Below are positions 1-9,388 of a stretch of 64,000 nucleotides of DNA, piece by piece. Source of the DNA: an uncultured Candidatus Binatia bacterium (GTDB lineage Bacteria; Desulfobacterota; Binatia; UBA9968; JAJDTQ01); the NCBI GenBank assembly GCA_965213675.1, contig CBDCAF010000018.1, positions 19,905 through 83,904 of the forward strand, given 5' to 3'. Each line of letters starts with the position of its first letter. Position 1 is the stretch's first letter. The position numbers and the translations under genes were made by a program. The notes beneath the pieces are model-generated. The model was given only the letters and a program-made list of their open reading frames with translations. It was not told where the DNA came from and made no database searches.

Positions 1-831
1 CGCTACTTCGAACAGGGCACGGGTGAGCCGTTGGTGCTGTGGCACGGCAGTCACTTCGGCACCACCGATGCCTGCGACAGTGCGCTGGACTGGGAACTCA
101 ACTTCGACGCCTTGGCCGAGTCGTTTCGGGTGATCGCTGTCGACAAGCTCGGCCAGGGACACACCGGCAACCCCAAGACCGACGATGGCTATACCCCCGC
201 GGCGGTAGTCGAGCACGCCCACGGGTTCCTCAAGGCCATGGACCTCCAGGACGTTCACCTCTGCGGCCATTCCCGTGGCGGATACCTGGTGGCGCGGCTC
301 ACGCTGCTGCACCCCGGGATCGTCAAGTCCTGCATCATCGTGGACAGCGGCACCCTGTCGCCGGGTCCGTCGCTCACCGAACTGGTGATGGCCGGGCGCC
401 CCAAACCCTACCTCAGCCGCGAGAGCCAGCGCTGGGTGGTGGAACACTATTCCCACGGCACGTCGCACATCACCGGCGGTTGGATCGACGCCGCCGTGGA
501 GATCGCCAGCCTGCCCAAGTACCAGGACTCCGTCCGCAAGATGAGCGGCGAGGGCCTGAAGGACAAGCTCTTCATGCCGAATCTGGTCCTCGACAAGGAG
601 GAGTGCCTCGCGTGGATGATGGAGGGGCGGCTCACGACCCCGACCCTGGTGGTGTGGGGCTACAACGACCCCACGGCCCGGTATCAGCGGGGTCTGACGC
701 TCTTCGATTACGTCGCCAACAGCACCGAGAACGCGCAACTCCACGTCATCAACAAGGCCGGACACTTCTGTTACCGGGAACAGCCCGAGCAGTTCAACCA
801 GGCCGTGACGGGGTTCATCAAGAGCCTTTGA
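1..831 (+). CDS. alpha/beta fold hydrolase (5' end lies outside the window)
   Basis: Frame open from base 1 (RYFEQGTGEPLVLWHG); GHSRGG nucleophile elbow, VVWGYND acid and AGHF catalytic His. Confidence 0.9.
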   Translation, partial: RYFEQGTGEPLVLWHGSHFGTTDACDSALDWELNFDALAESFRVIAVDKLGQGHTGNPKTDDGYTPAAVVEHAHGFLKAMDLQDVHLCGHSRGGYLVARLTLLHPGIVKSCIIVDSGTLSPGPSLTELVMAGRPKPYLSRESQRWVVEHYSHGTSHITGGWIDAAVEIASLPKYQDSVRKMSGEGLKDKLFMPNLVLDKEECLAWMMEGRLTTPTLVVWGYNDPTARYQRGLTLFDYVANSTENAQLHVINKAGHFCYREQPEQFNQAVTGFIKSL

Positions 832-991
832 GCACGGGTGGGCGTAGCGCACCGAGGAAATGGGGCACGACCGTGTGCGCTTCTGCAGGGCACGACCTGC
901 TCGCCTTGGGCCGCAGGTTGTCGGCGGTAGGGTTGGAAGTGGCGTTACCCGCCACCGCCAGAAACCGGATCACGATGCCGGACGGCCTGTT

Positions 992-1699
992 TCAGAGCTG
1001 CAAGGGCACGGCCTTGCCGAGAGCAATGGCACGCTCGGTGACCTTGGCCAGGTAGGCGAGCACCTCGACGCCGGTCCTCACGGATTGGCGCAGCACGCGG
1101 CCGTACTCGGGATCGATTTCGTCCGCGGGGCGGATTGCGCTACAGTCTCCGCGCTGAATCACGAACAACAGCACGGCGCGGTGGCCGTCCTGTCGCAGTC
1201 GCATGAGTTCTTGAAGGTGTTTGGCGCCACGCAGGCTCACGGCATCCGGAAACGCGGCGACCCGATCCACCGCGAGGGTGACATTCTTCACCTCGACGAA
1301 ACACCTTTCGCTCGGCCGTTGCGGATGCCCTTCGAGCAGAAAGTCGAGGCGCGTGCCGGGTCGCGTGGCGAACTCGGGACGAAGCTTCTCATACCCCCGC
1401 AACTCATCGATTCGTCCTGTCTCAATGCCTTCCCGCGCCAGCCGGTTGGCCGCCAGCGTGTTGATCCCCACCAGCGTCCGGCCCACCCGGATGATCTCCC
1501 AGGTGTAGTTCAGTTTCCGGCCCCGGCCGCTCTGATCCGACAGGTAGACCCTGCTGCCCGGCGCGTTGCAGCCCATCATGCTGCCCGTGTTCGTGCAGTG
1601 CGCCGTCACCACCGTGCCGTCCTCAAGACGAACATCAGCGAGGAACCGCTTGTAGCGCTCGACGAGGACGCCGGAGATCAAGGGAGAAGGAAAACGCAT
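992..1699 (-). CDS. sfsA: DNA/RNA nuclease SfsA (sugar fermentation stimulation protein)
   Basis: RYKRFLADV, AHCTNTGSM, FVEVKNVTL, FPDAVSLRGAKHL motifs; start taken at MRFPSPL. Confidence 0.93.
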   Translation of the reverse strand: MRFPSPLISGVLVERYKRFLADVRLEDGTVVTAHCTNTGSMMGCNAPGSRVYLSDQSGRGRKLNYTWEIIRVGRTLVGINTLAANRLAREGIETGRIDELRGYEKLRPEFATRPGTRLDFLLEGHPQRPSERCFVEVKNVTLAVDRVAAFPDAVSLRGAKHLQELMRLRQDGHRAVLLFVIQRGDCSAIRPADEIDPEYGRVLRQSVRTGVEVLAYLAKVTERAIALGKAVPLQL

Positions 1700-1896
1700 G
1701 GCCGGAAAATTGAACCTCACCCCGGACTTGATCCAGGGTTGCATGGATTCGTTGCCAATCGGGCCACTATGTTTGACAGGGTATGGACTCTCCCAAAATT
1801 GAGCCGACTCCAGCAGTTCGTCTTGGCAGGGTCGAGAAAACGGATTTGCATCGCCTCATCAAGCCTGACGGACTCCAGTTTCTGCCCGTGGAGCGT

Positions 1897-2766
1897 TCAG
1901 TGAGTGCCGTCGAGGCACTGCTTGGCGGCGCGGCGCAGCAGTACGCTGATGAGGTGGCGCTTGTACTCGGCGCTGCCTTCGCGGTCGTCGGTCAGGGCGG
2001 CTTCGTCGGCGAGGGCTTCGGCGGCTGCGAGTAGCCGCTGTTCTGTCGACTCGGTGGCGCCGGCGATGAGGTCATCGGCGGCGGTGGAGCGGCAGGGGGT
2101 GGGGCTGACGCAGCCGACGGCGCAGCGGGCGGCGCGAATTTCGCGGCCGTCGTCGTTCAGGTCGAGCACCAGGGCCAAGCCCAGGAGCGGGCGCTCGTGG
2201 ACCTGGAACTTGAGGTAGGCGGCGCGCTGTGTGGGAGCGGGCAGCGGCACGTCCACGCCGGTCAGGACCTCGTCCTGGGCCAGGGAGTTTTCGTAGGCGC
2301 CGGACAGAAGCTCGTTCATCGCGACGGTGCGTTCCCCGCCCTTGCCTTGTGCCCGCACGGTGGCATTCAGGGCCAGCAGCAGGGTTGCGGGATCGGAGTG
2401 GGGTTCGGCGAAAGCGAGGTTGCCGCCCAGGGTGCCGCTGGCGCGCACACGCACGTTGGCGACGTTGGCGGCCATCCCGGCCATCACGGGCAGCGATTCC
2501 TGGATCACGGTGGAGCGCTCGATGGTCCGGTGGGTGGCGCCGGCGCCGATGTGGATATGTCCGTCCCGGCGCTCGATGCGGTCCAGGCCGGTCACGGCCT
2601 TGATGTCGATCAGGTGCTCATAGCGCAGCAGGTCGTGGCGCATGGCCAGCAGCAGTTCGGTGCCGCCGGCGTACAGGGCGCCGGCGTCGCCGTAGTGGTC
2701 GAGCATGGCCGCGGCCTCGTCGAGGTCGGCGGGCCGGTGGATGTTGAAACGTCTGAGCGGCATCAT
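1897..2766 (-). CDS. xanthine dehydrogenase/CoxM-family FAD-binding subunit
   Basis: AGGTELL, GTLGGNL, AEPHSDP, GSAEYKRHL motifs; lies downstream of the Mo subunit. Confidence 0.9.
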   Translation of the reverse strand: MMPLRRFNIHRPADLDEAAAMLDHYGDAGALYAGGTELLLAMRHDLLRYEHLIDIKAVTGLDRIERRDGHIHIGAGATHRTIERSTVIQESLPVMAGMAANVANVRVRASGTLGGNLAFAEPHSDPATLLLALNATVRAQGKGGERTVAMNELLSGAYENSLAQDEVLTGVDVPLPAPTQRAAYLKFQVHERPLLGLALVLDLNDDGREIRAARCAVGCVSPTPCRSTAADDLIAGATESTEQRLLAAAEALADEAALTDDREGSAEYKRHLISVLLRRAAKQCLDGTH

Positions 2767-2878
2767 GACGGGTACTCTCCACGGGTCGCGTGACGGAGAC
2801 CATCCCGTGTCGGGTGTCCAGGGACGGGCGGCACGAAACTGCGTTGACCGCGCGCGGTTCGTTCAGGCGCGGCCGGCA

Positions 2879-5179
2879 TCATTTCTGGTTGTCTCCACGG
2901 CTGGCGCGCGTTTCGCGGATCGCGCGCCAGACCTTCTCCGGCGTGAGCGGCGCCCGGCGTATGCGCGCGCCGGTGGCGTTGTAAACGGCGTTGGCGATGT
3001 TGGCAGGCAGCGAGTTGAGCGACGCTTCACCACCGCCCTTGGCGCCGTAGGGTCCCACCCCGTCGCGGTTCTGCACCAGTTCCAGCTTCACGGTTCGCGG
3101 CATGTCGGAGAACCGCGGCAGGCGGTACTCCAGCAGGTTGCCGTTGAGGAGCTGGTTGCGGTCGAACTCGAGCTCCTCGAACATGCCGATGCCCATGCCG
3201 GTGGTGGCGGCGCCGATGTCCTGGCCCTCGGCCAGGGCCGGGTTGATGGCCAGGCCCACGTCGCCGCAAGTGCCGAGCTTCTCCATGGTCACCTTGCCGG
3301 TCTCCTCGTCCACGGACACCTCGATGCCCGTGGAGGCGGCTTCCCAGAAAACCGGCAACTGCGCGAAATCCTTGTCCTTGCGGATGTAGGCGCGGCCGAT
3401 GACCTCCCCGTCGGGCAGGCGGTAGTAGCGCGTGAGCACCTCGGACCAGGTGAGGCGCGCCTCGCCGCAGGTGACGCCGCCGCGAACGGTCTGGATTTCC
3501 GATTCCTGGACGCCCAGCACATCAGCGGCCATGCGCACCATCTGCTCGATGGCCTCCCGGCTGGCCTCCTGCACCGCCCGGCCCATGAGGGTGGTGGTGC
3601 GGCTGGCTCCGGTGGAACGGTCGTAGGGAGTGATGGCGGTATCGGAGGACACCACCCGCACCAGGTCGAAGGGAATGCCCAATTCCTCAGCGGCAATCTG
3701 CGGCAACACCGTGTGGCTTCCCTGGCCAAGCTCCGTGCTGCCGATCATCAGCGAAGCCGAGCCGTCGGCGTGCACACGCACGGCCGTGGATGTGAGGGGG
3801 TAGGCGCCGGCGTCGCTGGCAGAGCAGCCGATGCTGCGCCCGTGGCCGCTCGGCAGCGGTTCCTTCCAGCCGATGTTGTCGGCGACGATCTTGAGGTCCT
3901 CGGTCAGGGTGCCGTCGAAGGGGCGCATGCCGGGAAAGAACTCCTGCTTGGGCCGCGCCGCGTTGTGCATGCGGAACTCGTAGGGGTCCATGCCGATCTT
4001 GGCCGCGAGTTCGTCGATCTGGGACTCGCCGGCCATGGTCACCTGGGCGCAGCCGAAGCCCCGGAAGGAGCTGGCCGGCACCGTGTTGGTGTAGACCATG
4101 TGGTTGTCGATCTGGACGTTGGGGATGGCGTAGGGTCCGACGCAGCGGTTGGACGACTTTTCGCACACCAGAGGGCTGTTCTCAGCGTAGGCGCCGGTGT
4201 TCATGTAGATCTTGGCTTGGCGCGCGATGATCTTGCCGTCGGCGTCCACCGCGGTGCGCATCCAGGTGAGGGCGTCGTCGCCCCGGGTGGTGAGCATGGC
4301 CTCTTCCACGCTGAGCTGGAGCTTCACCGGGCGGCGCGCTTTCCATGCGCACGCCGAAACCAGCGGCTCGATCTTCGTATAGGATTTGCTGCCGTAGCCG
4401 CCGCCCACGAACGGCACGATCAGGCGGATCTGGCTCACCGGCATGTCGAAGATGGTCTTCAGATCGTGGCGCACCATGAAGGGGTGCTGCGCCGAGGAGT
4501 ATATGGTGACGCTGTCGTCGCCCACCTCGGCGATGGCCACGTAGGGCTCCATGGCGTAGGCATAGGCCATGGGAAAGTAGTACTCGCCCTCCGCCACGGC
4601 CGCGGCCGTGGCGAACGCCTCGTCCACGTCCCCCCACTTGATGTGGTGTTCCTGGCACAGGTTGCTGCCCCGGCCCGCGGTGACCTCTCCTTCGAACCCG
4701 CGCAGCGCCCCGGCTTCGAACTGGCGCTGGTGGAGCAGCGGCGCATCCGGCGCCAGCGATTCCTGGGGCTCCATCACTGCCGGCAACTCCTCGTACTCGA
4801 CGTGGATCAATTCCAGCGCCTCGTAGGCGGTGAGTTCGTCTTCGGCGATGACCGCGGCTACGGGTTCGCCCGCGTAGCGCACCTTGTCGATGGCCACCAG
4901 GGGGTGGTCCTTGACGGCGTGTCCGAAATAGGGATTCAGCCCCTCCAAATCGTCGCCCCGCAGCACGTTGTACACGCCGGGATGGGCCTCGGCCCGGGAT
5001 GTGTCCATGGAGACGATGGTCGCGTGGGCGTAGGGGCTCCGCAGCACCTTGGCGTAGGCCATGCCCGCGAGTTTGACGTCGCTCACGTAGAGCGCCCGGC
5101 CCGATACCTTGGCGCGGCCGTCCCGGCGCGGCACCGAGTGGTTGACCACTTTGAAGTCGCGGCTATTGTCCTCACTCAT
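2879..5179 (-). CDS. xanthine dehydrogenase-family molybdopterin-binding subunit
   Basis: VGGGYGSK, SFRGFG, GQGSHT, GAKGGGE motifs; start MSEDNSR overlaps the stop of the 2Fe-2S gene. Confidence 0.92.
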   Translation of the reverse strand: MSEDNSRDFKVVNHSVPRRDGRAKVSGRALYVSDVKLAGMAYAKVLRSPYAHATIVSMDTSRAEAHPGVYNVLRGDDLEGLNPYFGHAVKDHPLVAIDKVRYAGEPVAAVIAEDELTAYEALELIHVEYEELPAVMEPQESLAPDAPLLHQRQFEAGALRGFEGEVTAGRGSNLCQEHHIKWGDVDEAFATAAAVAEGEYYFPMAYAYAMEPYVAIAEVGDDSVTIYSSAQHPFMVRHDLKTIFDMPVSQIRLIVPFVGGGYGSKSYTKIEPLVSACAWKARRPVKLQLSVEEAMLTTRGDDALTWMRTAVDADGKIIARQAKIYMNTGAYAENSPLVCEKSSNRCVGPYAIPNVQIDNHMVYTNTVPASSFRGFGCAQVTMAGESQIDELAAKIGMDPYEFRMHNAARPKQEFFPGMRPFDGTLTEDLKIVADNIGWKEPLPSGHGRSIGCSASDAGAYPLTSTAVRVHADGSASLMIGSTELGQGSHTVLPQIAAEELGIPFDLVRVVSSDTAITPYDRSTGASRTTTLMGRAVQEASREAIEQMVRMAADVLGVQESEIQTVRGGVTCGEARLTWSEVLTRYYRLPDGEVIGRAYIRKDKDFAQLPVFWEAASTGIEVSVDEETGKVTMEKLGTCGDVGLAINPALAEGQDIGAATTGMGIGMFEELEFDRNQLLNGNLLEYRLPRFSDMPRTVKLELVQNRDGVGPYGAKGGGEASLNSLPANIANAVYNATGARIRRAPLTPEKVWRAIRETRASRGDNQK

Positions 5180-5676
5180 CCGCGCGCCTCCTTCATCACC
5201 GCCGCCGCCTTGCGGATGGCCTTCACGATGGGCACGTATCCGGTGCAGCGGCAGAGGTTGCCGTCCATGTGGTGAATGATCTCGTCGTCGGTGGGATCGG
5301 GGTTGTCGTCCAGCAGCGCCTTGGCGGACAGGATCATGCCCGGCGTGCAAAAGCCGCATTGGAACGCGAACTCGTCGATGAAGCACTGCTGGATGGGATG
5401 CAGCGTGCGGTCACGGTCCTCGAGCCCCTCGATGGTGGTGACGGCACGCCCTTGGGCCTCGTAAGCCAGGTAGGTGCAGGAGCTCACCGGCAGGCCGTCC
5501 ACCAGCACCGTGCAGGCGCCGCACACCTGCACCTCGCACGAGATCTTGGCGCCGGTGAGATTCAGGCGGTTCCGCAACACCTCCGAAAGGGTCTGCTGCG
5601 GCTCGCACTCCACGGCCACGTCCTTGCCGTTGAGTTCGAACCGCAACTCCACCAGGGCGGATCTGTTCCTAGACAT
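5176..5676 (-). CDS. (2Fe-2S)-binding subunit, CoxS-like
   Basis: CEVQVCGAC...SSC and QCGFCTPG...GNLCRCTGY motifs. Confidence 0.93.
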   Translation of the reverse strand: MSRNRSALVELRFELNGKDVAVECEPQQTLSEVLRNRLNLTGAKISCEVQVCGACTVLVDGLPVSSCTYLAYEAQGRAVTTIEGLEDRDRTLHPIQQCFIDEFAFQCGFCTPGMILSAKALLDDNPDPTDDEIIHHMDGNLCRCTGYVPIVKAIRKAAAVMKEARG

Positions 5677-6691
5677 AATGCGGGATGATCTCCTCGGACC
5701 AGAGCAGCATTTCCTTGTACATGGTATCCATGTCCGGATAGATGAGCTTCAACTCGAAGTGCTGCACACCGGCCTCGATGAACTCGTCGATACGCCGGCG
5801 CACATCGTCCACCGAACCGATGATGTGCCGGTCCAGGGCGAACTGAATGTTGTCCACATCGCGCTCGTAGGTGTGGGAGCTTTCGCGGATGGTGGGCAGG
5901 GCCAAGGTCATGGCCTCGTCCCGGGTGCGCGCGATGCAGGCCAGTTTCTCCACCGCGATCTTGATCCCCGCAGGGTCCCGGCCGGCGTCCTCGGCCGCCT
6001 TGTTGAGAATGTCGCAGCCTCGCGCCATCTCTTTGGGCGACAACCATCCAGGGATCCAGCCCTCACCGTAGCGCCCGGCCCGCACCGCGGCCTGATCCAT
6101 CCAGCCGCCCACCCACACCGGCGGAAACGGCTTCTGGAGCGGCTTGGGATGGATCTCGGCGTTCTCGAACTTGAGGTACTTGCCCTCGTACGAGGCCATG
6201 GGTTGGGTCCAGATGGCCTTCATGGCTTCGATGTACTCGTCGGTGCGGTTGCCCCGCCCCTTGATGGGCACCTCGAACACATCGAACTCGCTGGAGTCGC
6301 GGGTGGCCTTGGAACCCAAGCCGACGCCCACCAGGAGCCTCCCGTCGCACAGGTGGTCCAGGGTGGCGCACTGCTTGGCCGCGTAGATGGGGTTGCGCAG
6401 GGGCATTACCAGACAGGCCACGCCGATCTGGATGTTCTTCGTCTTGGCCGCCAAGTAGGACATGGTGGTCATGCATTCGAAGAAGTTGGCCTCCTGGGCG
6501 TCCGTGAGGGCCTCTGCGGCCCCGGACGAGATGTGGTGCCGGTGCATCTCCGAGCTCCACACCACGTGGTCGTGGAGCCAGATGGTGTCGAAGCCCAACT
6601 CCTCCGAGTTCTGCGCGGCCTTGACGATGTTCTCCTTGCTGGAGAGCGGCCCCGAGTTGGGCACCCGGATGCCGAATTCGAATTTACCCAT
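5669..6691 (-). CDS. LLM-class flavin-dependent oxidoreductase
   Basis: GFDTIWLHDH, TLDHLCDGRL, PKPLQKPFPPVWVGG. Confidence 0.9.
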   Translation of the reverse strand: MGKFEFGIRVPNSGPLSSKENIVKAAQNSEELGFDTIWLHDHVVWSSEMHRHHISSGAAEALTDAQEANFFECMTTMSYLAAKTKNIQIGVACLVMPLRNPIYAAKQCATLDHLCDGRLLVGVGLGSKATRDSSEFDVFEVPIKGRGNRTDEYIEAMKAIWTQPMASYEGKYLKFENAEIHPKPLQKPFPPVWVGGWMDQAAVRAGRYGEGWIPGWLSPKEMARGCDILNKAAEDAGRDPAGIKIAVEKLACIARTRDEAMTLALPTIRESSHTYERDVDNIQFALDRHIIGSVDDVRRRIDEFIEAGVQHFELKLIYPDMDTMYKEMLLWSEEIIPHYV

Positions 6692-6732
6692 GGTTAGCTC
6701 CTCAAACCAACGTGACCGTGATGCTGTTCCCT

Positions 6733-6894
6733 AGTGTCGCGTCCCGCAAATACCTGCGATAATTTGCTGGTCTTTTGTTGCCGTCGGCTGCGTTGCTCTT
6801 CCTCGCGTGGTGTCCGCCACTGCTCGTCATCGCGCCTTGCCGACAGCAAAAAATCCTGCGCAACTTATCGCAGGTATTTGCGGGACGCGACACT
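6733..6894. mobile_element. MITE with perfect 30-bp terminal inverted repeats (IS630-like ends)
   Basis: AGTGTCGCGTCCCGCAAATACCTGCGATAA at 6733-6762 and its exact reverse complement at 6865-6894; CTAG at the left end; no transposase. Confidence 0.85.
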
Positions 6895-6902
6895 GGCCGC
6901 CT

Positions 6903-6996
6903 CCGTCATTCACGCTCAAGCGGGTGTGATTCCCTGCCCCACCCCGCCTGGATTCCCGCCCCCGATCGGGGTCGAGGGCAAGCTTTCGCGGGAATG
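6903..6996. repeat. REP-like palindromic repeat (GTCATTCCCGCGAAAGCGGGAATCCA family), degenerate and interrupted
   Basis: CTGGATTCCCGC...CTTTCGCGGGAATG with an internal insert; related to copies at 21.9 kb and 47.4 kb. Confidence 0.7.
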
Positions 6997-7020
6997 GAAC
7001 ACTCTTCCATGCCCGCGACG

Positions 7021-7935
7021 CTAGGGCTCGGTAATGCCGATGCGGTCGTATTTCAAGTGGCGGTTGTACCAGTCCACCACCTCGCCGGCGATCTGGTCGA
7101 AATAGTCGTTGTAGACGCCGTAGTGGGTAGTCTTTTTCAGCATGACGAGCTTTTTGGGCTCGCCCGCTTTCTCGTACATGCGGATGGAATGTTCCTCGGG
7201 CGTGGTGGCGTCGTTCTCCACGGCGATGAACAGCACGCCCCGCGGCGAGATCTTGTGCACGACGTCCTCCGGGCAGTAGTCCAGGATGGCATCGGCGCAC
7301 TGGAGCGGCATCTGGTTGGGAATCTTGGACGCGACTTCCTTCTTGATGTTGGTGGTCTTGCGCTCCGGGGTCTGGACCATGATCTCCTCGCGCGCAGCCA
7401 CCAGTTCGCCGGCGCCTGTGCGCACCCGCACCCGGCGATCCTCCTCGATGCGCTTGAGATAGTCGATCCACTCGTATTCCCGGCGCATGGAATGAAGCCA
7501 GTCGCGGCCGCGGCACACGCCGAGGTAGCAGACCACGCATTTGACCCGGCTGTCGGTGGCGCCCACCAGAACGGCGTTGCCGCCGCCGGTGCCGCCCGAA
7601 CCGTAGGTGGCGATGCGGTCGGAGTCCACGTCGTCGCGGGTCTCCATGTAGGTAATGGCATTGCGGATGTCCTCCGCTTGCCAGGTGGGCATGACCCAGC
7701 CCTTCTGCGGACCTTCGCTCTGCCCCCAGCCACGATAGTCGAAGCACAGGCACGCGTAACCCGCCGCGCACAACCGCTCGAACATCAGGATGTAGTGCTT
7801 GGCGTCCTTGAGGCCCAGGAACCCGGGGCCTTGGACGATGCCCGGCCAGGGCTGTCCCTGATCGTCGTCCGGCAGGTAGATGGTGCCGTGGACCTTGTAG
7901 CCTTCGCTGAAGAAAGTGATGTCCTCTGTTCGCAT
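7021..7935 (-). CDS. alpha/beta fold hydrolase (S9/S15-like)
   Basis: FDYRGWGQSEG, DSDRIATYGSGGTGGG, END..T, H near the C-terminus; start MRTEDITF. Confidence 0.85.
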   Translation of the reverse strand: MRTEDITFFSEGYKVHGTIYLPDDDQGQPWPGIVQGPGFLGLKDAKHYILMFERLCAAGYACLCFDYRGWGQSEGPQKGWVMPTWQAEDIRNAITYMETRDDVDSDRIATYGSGGTGGGNAVLVGATDSRVKCVVCYLGVCRGRDWLHSMRREYEWIDYLKRIEEDRRVRVRTGAGELVAAREEIMVQTPERKTTNIKKEVASKIPNQMPLQCADAILDYCPEDVVHKISPRGVLFIAVENDATTPEEHSIRMYEKAGEPKKLVMLKKTTHYGVYNDYFDQIAGEVVDWYNRHLKYDRIGITEP

Positions 7936-7968
7936 GTGGCTCTCCCCCAAAACCAGTCCCAAGAAGAC

Positions 7969-8028
7969 AGTGTCGCGCGCTGCGAGTTCCCGCGACAAGT
8001 TGCGCAGGAATCTACGGGACACGACACT
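7969..8028. repeat. internally deleted derivative of the 6733 MITE
   Basis: AGTGTCGCG...AAGTTGCGCAGGAAT...GGGACACGACACT shares ends and an internal segment with the 6733-6894 element. Confidence 0.65.
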
Positions 8029-8121
8029 TGCCGCCGGTGTTGTTGCCCGGCCTCCGGCCACCCTATTGCGCAGGGTGGCGCTTGCGTGGGCGGTGTTCCA
8101 ACCCGCCCGCGCCGCAGGCTC

Positions 8122-9111
8122 CTAGGCGCGCACCGCCGGCAGGACTTCTTTGCCCAGCAGTTCGATTTGCTCGTACCAGTCCGCGTAACGGAACCGGAGG
8201 TCATAGACGATGTGGTTGAGGCCGCCCTCTTCGTAGCGCTGGGTGTCCCGGACGATGTCTTCCGGCGTGCCCGCCAGCAAGAGTCCCTCGATGTCTTCGA
8301 GCTTCGAGAAGGTGCCGGACTCGGGCTTCACCCAGGTCGGCTTCTTGTTGCCCTCGTTGATGAGACCCGGCGCGTTGACCTTGCTCACGGCGGTGTCCTT
8401 GTCCCTGGCGATGCTGGTGATGGGGATGGCGCCGGTGGTGACCATGGGCTTGCCGGCCTTGTCGCACAGGTCGTGCAGGTACTTGATGCACTTGTGGAAA
8501 GTGCGCAGCGGGATGCGTCCGGGCATCCAGCCGTCGCAGTAGTCCACCGCGCGCCGACACGATGCCGGGGTACCGCCGCCATACCAGATGGGAATGGGCG
8601 CCAAGGGCGTGGGCTTGAGTTGGACATCCTTGAAGGAGAAGTAGTCGTCCTCATAGTCGACCGTCTCACCGCTCCACAGGCGCCGCACGAGGTTGGAGTT
8701 GACCTTGGCGAGGTTGAAACGGTCCTCCCGAGTGTTCTTCAGCCCGGCCGCGGCAAATTCGTGCTGGAACGTACCCGCGCCGATGCCCATGATGACCTTG
8801 CCTTCAGACAGGACGCTCAGGGCCGCCATGCACTGGGCCAGGTGAATCGGATGTCTGTGCGAGATCATCGTGCCCGTGCCCAGGGTGAGCTTTTTGCACA
8901 CCGACGAGATCGCCGACAGGATGGCGACGCACTCGATGTGCGTGTTGTCCGTGCCCTCCATGCCGTGGGGCTCGAAGACCAGGTGGTCGCGGACCCAGAC
9001 GGAGTCGAAACCCAGCGACTCGGCCAGTTTCGATCCCTCGATGCACTTCTCCACAGATCCTTGATCTCCGAAATGGGGCAACAGCAGTCCGAACTTCAAT
9101 TGGGTCGCCAT
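8122..9111 (-). CDS. LLM-class flavin-dependent oxidoreductase
   Basis: GFDSVWVRDH, PIPIWYGG, DGWMP; GGAGG RBS before MATQLKFG. Confidence 0.9.
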   Translation of the reverse strand: MATQLKFGLLLPHFGDQGSVEKCIEGSKLAESLGFDSVWVRDHLVFEPHGMEGTDNTHIECVAILSAISSVCKKLTLGTGTMISHRHPIHLAQCMAALSVLSEGKVIMGIGAGTFQHEFAAAGLKNTREDRFNLAKVNSNLVRRLWSGETVDYEDDYFSFKDVQLKPTPLAPIPIWYGGGTPASCRRAVDYCDGWMPGRIPLRTFHKCIKYLHDLCDKAGKPMVTTGAIPITSIARDKDTAVSKVNAPGLINEGNKKPTWVKPESGTFSKLEDIEGLLLAGTPEDIVRDTQRYEEGGLNHIVYDLRFRYADWYEQIELLGKEVLPAVRA

Positions 9112-9388
9112 GCGCAAAACCTCCTTGCGGTCACTGATGGTAAGATGACTTGGCAGCAGCCGGGGCGGCACCGCGGGACCGTTCCATGATCCGTCGAGTC
9201 GCGGGGTTTCCCGAGCGTCGTTCAAGGCTTGATACAGCCTGATATAGATAGTCGGCGGTAACGAAGTCTGTCAAGCGCGCGGAGCCGGGCTGGCGTCACG
9301 GTCAAGCACGAACAGAAACCGCTGCGCCAAGCACCAACAGAAACTGGCAGGGCCGACCGGCGTTCGCCCACGCGGCGCAGACACCACA

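Noticed and set aside
2879-5179. Aerobic CO dehydrogenase CoxL
   Set aside because: It lacks the AYXCSFR active-site loop, and the gene order is S-L-M; a generic Mo-hydroxylase is the safer call.
2705-5275. 856-aa plus-strand ORF, and similar long antisense ORFs (6775-9189, 12621-14249, 28703-31603, 43577-45457, 47998-50598, 52107-55208, 57494-59347)
   Set aside because: Shadow ORFs opposite well-supported genes, expected in high-GC DNA; they contain no recognisable motifs.
6733-6996. Possible CRISPR array or ncRNA
   Set aside because: The repeats are inverted termini and palindromes rather than direct repeats with spacers; no cas genes are in the window.
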